A stretch of 64,000 nt of DNA from contig OZ024742.1 in the NCBI GenBank assembly GCA_964016885.1, forward strand, positions 232,748,001 to 232,812,000. Direction: 5' to 3'. Position 1 is the stretch's first letter, and each line of letters starts with the position of its first letter. This stretch comes from Eledone cirrhosa. Taxonomy: Eukaryota. This document shows, in pieces, positions 55,701-64,000 of the stretch. The notes beneath the pieces are model-generated. The model was not told the origin of the DNA, ran no database searches, and saw only the letters and a list, made by a program, of their open reading frames with translations. Both the position numbers and the translations under genes were made by a program.

Positions 55701-58700
55701 CAGTCATTACACCAGTGACAGTACACCAATACATAACAGTCATTACATCAGAAGTGACAGTACCCCAATACATAACAGTCATTACATCAGTAAGTGAGAG
55801 TACACCAATACATAACAGTCATTACACCAGTGACAGTACACCAATACATAACAGTCATTACATCCGTCAGTGACAGTACACCAATACATAACAGTCATTA
55901 CACCAGTCAGTGAGAGTACACCAATACATAACAGTCATTACACCAGTCAGTGACAGTACACCAATACATAACAGTCATTACTTAAGTCAGTGACAGTACA
56001 CCAATACATAACAGTCATTACATCAGTCAGTGAGAGTACACCAATACATAACAGTCATTACATCAGCCAGTGACAGTACACCAATACATAACAGTCATTA
56101 CATCAGTCAGTGACAGTACACCAATACATAACAGTCATTACACCAGTCAGTGACAGTACACCAATATATAACAGTCTTTACATCAGTCAGTGACAGTACA
56201 CTAATACATAACAGTCATTACATCAGTCAGTGACAGTACACCAATACATAACAGTCATTACACCAGTCAGTGAGAGTACACCAATACATAACAGTCATTA
56301 CACCAGTCAGTGACAGTACACCAATACATAACAGTCATTAGACCAGTGACAGTACACCAATACATAACAGTCATTACATCAGTCAGTGACAGTACACCAA
56401 TACATAACAGTCATTACACCAGTCAGTGAGAGTACACCAATACATAACAGTCATTACACCAGTGACAGGAAACCAATACATAACAGTCATTACATCAGTC
56501 AGTGACAGAACACCAATACATCACAGTCATTACACCAGTGACAGTACACCAATACATAACAGTCATTACACCAGTCAGTGAAAGTACACCAATACATAAC
56601 AGTCATTACATCAGTCAGTGACAGTACACCAATACATAACAGTCTTTACACCAGTCAGTGAGAGTACACCAATATATAACAGTCATTACACCAGTGACAG
56701 TACACCAATACATAACAGTCTTAACACCAGTCAGTGACAGTACACCAATACATAACAGTCATTACACCAGTCAGTGACAGTACACCAATACATAACAGTC
56801 ATTACACCAGTCAGTGAGAGTACACCAATACATAACAGTCATTACACCAGTGACAGTACACCAATACATAACAGTCTTAACACCAGTCAGTGACAGTACA
56901 CCAATACATAACAGTCATTACACCAGTCAGTGACAGTACACCAATACATAACAGTCATTACATCAGTCAGTGACGGTACACCAATACATAACAGTCATTA
57001 CATCAGTCAGTGAGAGTACACCAATACATCACAGTCATTACATCAGCCAGTGACAGTACACCAATACATAACAGTCATTACATCAGTCACTGACAGTACA
57101 CCAATATATAACAGTCATTACACCAGTCGGTGACAGTACACCAATACATAACAGTCATTACATCAGTCAGTGACAGTACACCAATACATCACAGTCATTA
57201 CACCAGTGACAGTACACCAATACATAACAGTCATTACATCAGAAGTGACAGTACACCAATACATAACAGTCAGTACATCAGTAAGTGACAGTACACCAAT
57301 ACATAACAGTCATTACACCAGTCAGTGACAGTACACCAATACATAACAGTCATTAGACCAGTGACAGTACACCAATACATAACAGTTATTACATCAGTCA
57401 GTGACAGTACACCAATACATAACAGTCATTACACAAGTCAGTGAGAGTACACCAATACATAACAGTCATTACACCAGTGACAGGACACCAATACATAACA
57501 GTCATTACATCAGCCAGTGACAGTACACCAATACATAACAGTCATTACACCAGTGACAGTACACCAATACATAACAGTCATTACATCAGAAGTGACAGTA
57601 CACCAATACATAACAGTCATTACATCAGTAAGTGAGAGTACACCAATACATAACAGTCATTACACCAGTGACAGTACACCAATACATAACAGTCATTACA
57701 TCCGTCAGTGACAGTACACCAATACATAACAGTCATTACACCAGTCAGTGACAGTACACCAATACATAACAGTCATTACACGAGTCAGTGACAGTACACC
57801 AATACATAACAGTCATTACTTCAGTCAGTGACAGTACACCAATACATAACAGTCATTACATCAGTCAGTGAGAGTACACCAATACATAACAGTCATTACA
57901 TCAGCCAGTGACAGTACACCAATACATAACAGTCATTACATCAGTCAGTGACAGTACACCAATACATAACAGTCATTACACCAGTCAGTGACAGTACACC
58001 AATATATAACAGTCTTTACATCAGTCAGTGACAGTACACTAATACATAACAGTCATTACATCAGTCAGTGACAGTACACCAATACATAACAGTCATTACA
58101 CCAGTCAGTGAGAGTACACCAATACATAACAGTCATTACACCAGTCAGTGACAGTACACCAATACATAACAGTCATTAGACCAGTGACAGCACACCAATA
58201 CATAACAGTCATTACATCAGTCAGTGACAGTACACCAATACATAACAGTCATTACATCAGCCAGTGACAGTACACCAATACATAACAGTCATTAGACCAG
58301 TGACAGTACACCAATACATAACAGTCATTACACCAGTCAGTGACAGTACACCAATACATAACAGTCATTACACCAGTCAGTGAGAGTACACCAATACATA
58401 ACTGTCATTACACCAGTGACAGTACACCAATACATAACAGTCTTAACACCAGTCAGTGACAGTACACCAATATATAACAGTCATTACATCAGTCAGTGAC
58501 AGTACACCAATATATAACAGTCATTACACCAGTCAGTGACAGTACACCAATACATAACAGTCATTACATCAGTCAGTGACAGTACACCAATACATAACAG
58601 TCATTACATCAGTCAGTGAGAGTACACCAATACATCACAGTCATTACATCAGCCAGTGACAGTACACCAATACATAACAGTCATTACATCAGTCAGTGAC

Positions 58701-61700
58701 AGTACACCAATATATAACAGTCATTACACCAGTCAGTGACAGTACACCAATACATAACAGTCATTACATCAGTCAGTGACAGTACACCAATACATCACAG
58801 TCATTACACCAGTGACAGTACACCAATACATAACAGTCATTACACCAGTCAGTGACAGTACACCAATACATAACAGTCATTACATCAGCCAGTGACAGTA
58901 CACCAATACATAACAGTCATTACACCAGTCAGTGACAGTACACCAATACATAACAGTCATTACATCAGTCAGTGACAGTACACCAATACATAACAGTCAT
59001 TACGTCAGTCAGTGAGAGTACACCAATACATAACAGTCATTACGCCAGTGACAGTAAACCAATACATAACAGTCATTACATCAGTCAGTGACAGTACACC
59101 AATACATAACAGTCATTACACCAGTCAGTGAGAGTACACTAATACATAACAGTCATTACACCAGTGACAGTACACCAATACATAACAGTCATTACGTCAG
59201 TCAGTGAGAGTACACCAATACATAACAGTCATTACACCAGTGACAGTACACCAATACATAACAGTCATTACACCAGTCAGTGACAGTACACCAATACATA
59301 ACAGTCATTACACCAGTCAGTGAGAGTACACCAATACATAACAGTCATTACACCAGTGAGAGTACACCAATACAGAACAGTCATTACACCAGTGACAGTA
59401 CACCAATACATAACAGTCATTACACCAGTCAGTGACAGTACACCAATACATAACAGTCATTACACTAGTCAGTGATAGTACACCAATACATAACAGTCAT
59501 TACACCAGTCAGTGACAGTACACCAATACATAACAGTCATTACATCAGTCAGTGACAGTACACCAATACATAACAGTCTTTACACCAGTGACAGTACACC
59601 AATACATAAGAGTCATTACATCAGTCAGTGAGAGTACACCAATACATAACAGTCATTACACCAGTGACAGTACACCAATACATAACATTCATTACATCAG
59701 TCAGTGACAGTACACCAATACATAACAGTCATTACACCAGTCAGTGAGAGTACACCGATACATAACAGTCATTACACCAGTCAGTGACAGTACACCAATA
59801 TATAACAGTCTTTACATCAGTCAGTGAGAGTACACCAATACATAACAGTCATTACACCAGTGACAGTACACCAATACATAACAGTCATTACACCAGTCAG
59901 TGACAGTACACTAATACATAACTGTCATTACACCAGTCAGTGAGAGTACACCAGTATATAACAGTCATTACACCAGTGACAGTACACCAATACATAACAG
60001 TCATTACACCAGTCAGTGACAGTACACTAATACATAACAGTCATTACATCAGTCAGTGACAGTACACCAATACATAACAGTCATTACATCAGTCAGTGAG
60101 AGTACACCAATACATAACAGTCATTACACCAGTGACAGTACACCAATACATAACAGTCATTACATCAGTCAGTGACAGTACACCAATACATAACAGTCAT
60201 TACATCAGTCAGTGATAGTACACCAATACATAACAGTCATTACACCAGTGACAGTACACCAATACATAACAGTCATTACACCAGTCAGTGACAGTACACT
60301 AATACATAACAGTCATTACATCAGTCAGTGAGAGTACACCAATACATAACAGTCATTACACCTGTCAGTGACAGTACACCAATACATAACAGTCATTACA
60401 CCAGTCAGTGACAGTACACCAATACATAACAGTCATTACACCAATACATAACAGTCATTACATCAGCCAGTGACAGTACACCAAAACATAACAGTCATTA
60501 CATCAGTAAGTGACAGTACACCAATACATAACAGTCATTACATCAGTCAGTGACAGTACACCAATACATAACAGTCATTACATCAGTAAGTGGCGGTACA
60601 CCAATACATAACAGTCATTACATCAGTCAGTGACAGTACACCAATATATAACAGTCATTACACCAGTCAGTGACAGTACACCAATACATAACAGTCATTA
60701 CATCAGTCAGTGACAGTACACCAATACATCACAGTCATTACACCAGTGACAGTACACCAATACATAACAGTCATTACATCAGAAGTGACAGTACACCAAT
60801 ACATAACAGTCATTACATCAGTAAGTGAGAGTACACCAATACATAACAGTTATTACACCAGTGACAGTACACCAATACATAACAGTCATTACATCCGTCA
60901 GTGACAGTACACCAATACATAACAGTCATTACACCAGTCAGTGAGAGTACACCAATACATAACAGTGATTACACCAGTCAGTGACAGTGCACCAATACAT
61001 AACAGTCATTACATCAGTCAGTGACAGTACACCAATACATAACAGTCATTACATCAGTCAGTGAGAGTACACCAATACATCACAGTCATTACATCAGCCA
61101 GTGACAGTACACCAATACATAACAGTCATTACATCAGTCAGTGACAGTACACCAATATATAATAGTCATTACACCAGTCAGTGACAGTACACCAATACAT
61201 AACAGTCATTACATCAGTCAGTGACAGTACACCAATACATCACAGTCATTACACCAATGACAGTACACCAATACATAACAGTCTTAACACCAGTCAGTGA
61301 CAGTACACCAATACATAACAGTCATTACATCAGTCAGTGACAGTACACCAATATATAACAGTCATTACACCAGTCAGTGACAGTACACCAATACATAACA
61401 GTCATTACATCAGTCAGTGACAGTACACCAATACATAATAGTCATTACATCAGTCAGTGAGAGTACACCAATACATCACAGTCATTACATCAGCCAGTGA
61501 CAGTACACCAATACATAACAGTCATTACATCAGTCAGTGACAGTACACCAATATATAACAGTCATTACACCAGTCAGTGACAGTACACCAATACATAACA
61601 GTCATTACACCAGTCAGTGACAGTACACCAATACATCACAGTCATTACACCAGTGACAGTACACCAATATATAACAGTCATTACACCAGTCAGTGACAGT

Positions 61701-64000
61701 ACACCAATACATAACAGTCATTACATCAGCCAGTGACAGTACACCAATACATAACAGTCATTACACCAGTCAGTTACAGTACACCAATACATAACAGTCA
61801 TTACATCAGTCAGTGACAGTACACCAATACATAACAGTCATTACACCAGTGACAGTACACCAATACATAACAGTCATTACTTCAGTCAGTGAGAGTACAC
61901 CAATACATAACAGTCATTACACCAGTGACAGTAAACCAATACATAACAGTCATTACATCAGTCAGTGACAGTACACCAATACATAACAGTCATTACACCA
62001 GTCAGTGAGAGTACACTAATACATAACAGTCATTACACCAGTGACAGTACACCAATACATAACAGTCATTACGTCAGTCAGTGAGAGTACACCAATACAT
62101 AACAGTCATTACACCAGTGACAGTACACCAATACATAACAGTCATTACATCAGAAGTGACAGTACCCCAATACATAACAGTCATTACATCAGTAAGTGAG
62201 AGTACACCAATACATAACAGTCATTACACCAGTGACAGTACACCAATACATAACAGTCATTACATCCGTCAGTGACAGTACACCAATACATAACAGTCAT
62301 TACACCAGTCAGTGAGAGTACACCAATACATAACAGTCATTACACCAGTCAGTGACAGTACACCAATACATAACAGTCATTACTTAAGTCAGTGACAGTA
62401 CACCAATACATAACAGTCATTACATCAGTCAGTGAGAGTACACCAATACATAACAGTCATTACATCAGCCAGTGACAGTACACCAATACATAACAGTCAT
62501 TACATCAGTCAGTGACAGTACACCAATACATAACAGTCATTACACCAGTCAGTGACAGTACACCAATATATAACAGTCTTTACATCAGTCAGTGACAGTA
62601 CACTAATACATAACAGTCATTACATCAGTCAGTGACAGTACACCAATACATAACAGTCATTACACCAGTCAGTGAGAGTACACCAATACATAACAGTCAT
62701 TACACCAGTCAGTGACAGTACACCAATACATAACAGTCATTAGACCAGTGACAGTACACCAATACATAACAGTCATTACATCAGTCAGTGACAGTACACC
62801 AATACATAACAGTCATTACACCAGTCAGTGAGAGTACACCAATACATAACAGTCATTACACCAGTGACAGGAAACCAATACATAACAGTCATTACATCAG
62901 TCAGTGACAGAACACCAATACATCACAGTCATTACACCAGTGACAGTACACCAATACATAACAGTCATTACACCAGTCAGTGAAAGTACACCAATACATA
63001 ACAGTCATTACATCAGTCAGTGACAGTACACCAATACATAACAGTCTTTACACCAGTCAGTGAGAGTACACCAATATATAACAGTCATTACACCAGTGAC
63101 AGTACACCAATACATAACAGTCTTAACACCAGTCAGTGACAGTACACCAATACATAACAGTCATTACACCAGTCAGTGACAGTACACCAATACATAACAG
63201 TCATTACACCAGTCAGTGAGAGTACACCAATACATAACAGTCATTACACCAGTGACAGTACACCAATACATAACAGTCTTAACACCAGTCAGTGACAGTA
63301 CACCAATACATAACAGTCATTACACCAGTCAGTGACAGTACACCAATACATAACAGTCATTACATCAGTCAGTGACGGTACACCAATACATAACAGTCAT
63401 TACATCAGTCAGTGAGAGTACACCAATACATCACAGTCATTACATCAGCCAGTGACAGTACACCAATACATAACAGTCATTACATCAGTCACTGACAGTA
63501 CACCAATATATAACAGTCATTACACCAGTCGGTGACAGTACACCAATACATAACAGTCATTACATCAGTCAGTGACAGTACACCAATACATCACAGTCAT
63601 TACACCAGTGACAGTACACCAATACATAACAGTCATTACATCAGAAGTGACAGTACACCAATACATAACAGTCAGTACATCAGTAAGTGACAGTACACCA
63701 ATACATAACAGTCATTACACCAGTCAGTGACAGTACACCAATACATAACAGTCATTAGACCAGTGACAGTACACCAATACATAACAGTTATTACATCAGT
63801 CAGTGACAGTACACCAATACATAACAGTCATTACACAAGTCAGTGAGAGTACACCAATACATAACAGTCATTACACCAGTGACAGGACACCAATACATAA
63901 CAGTCATTACATCAGCCAGTGACAGTACACCAATACATAACAGTCATTACACCAGTGACAGTACACCAATACATAACAGTCATTACATCAGAAGTGACAG
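49753..64000. repeat. Satellite array (>14 kb, runs off the window) of 40-bp and 36-bp units: cagtcagtgacagtacaccaatacataacagtcattaca(t/c)
   Basis: Continuous tandem units; the 36-bp variant lacks one cagt. Confidence 0.98.

Noticed and set aside
49753-64000. CRISPR-like array or repetitive protein (VTVHQYITVITS)
   Set aside because: No unique spacers; mixed 40/36-bp units break every frame within ~90 codons; eukaryotic satellite.

Overview
AT-rich, repeat-dense metazoan DNA. The tRNA-derived SINEs, RTE/R4 LINE relics and heavy (TA)n/(TACA)n load resemble an octopus genome (inference). Two host genes are visible, both on the minus strand: a spliced SOCS-box protein gene (three phase-compatible exons at 10458-10603, 3613-3733 and 744-1698) and a class A GPCR exon (48101-49086). 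The rest is transposon debris (mariner, hAT, piggyBac/Tc1/hAT MITEs, Helitron-like elements, RTE, R4/Dong-like, SINEs), a 200-N assembly gap and a >14 kb 40/36-bp satellite with higher-order duplications. The most interesting structure is a 5'-truncated Penelope-like element (RT + GIY-YIG) embedded in (TA)n. It has a snap-back hairpin at its 5' break and a well-formed hammerhead ribozyme (HHR) at its 3' end. Around it lie at least four sequence-unrelated, non-coding, (TA)n-flanked fold-back elements with one shared design: two outward-facing arms, each carrying an HHR or HHR-like core, a short spacer and a one-sided tail. All motif and structure calls were made by eye; no searches or folding were run.
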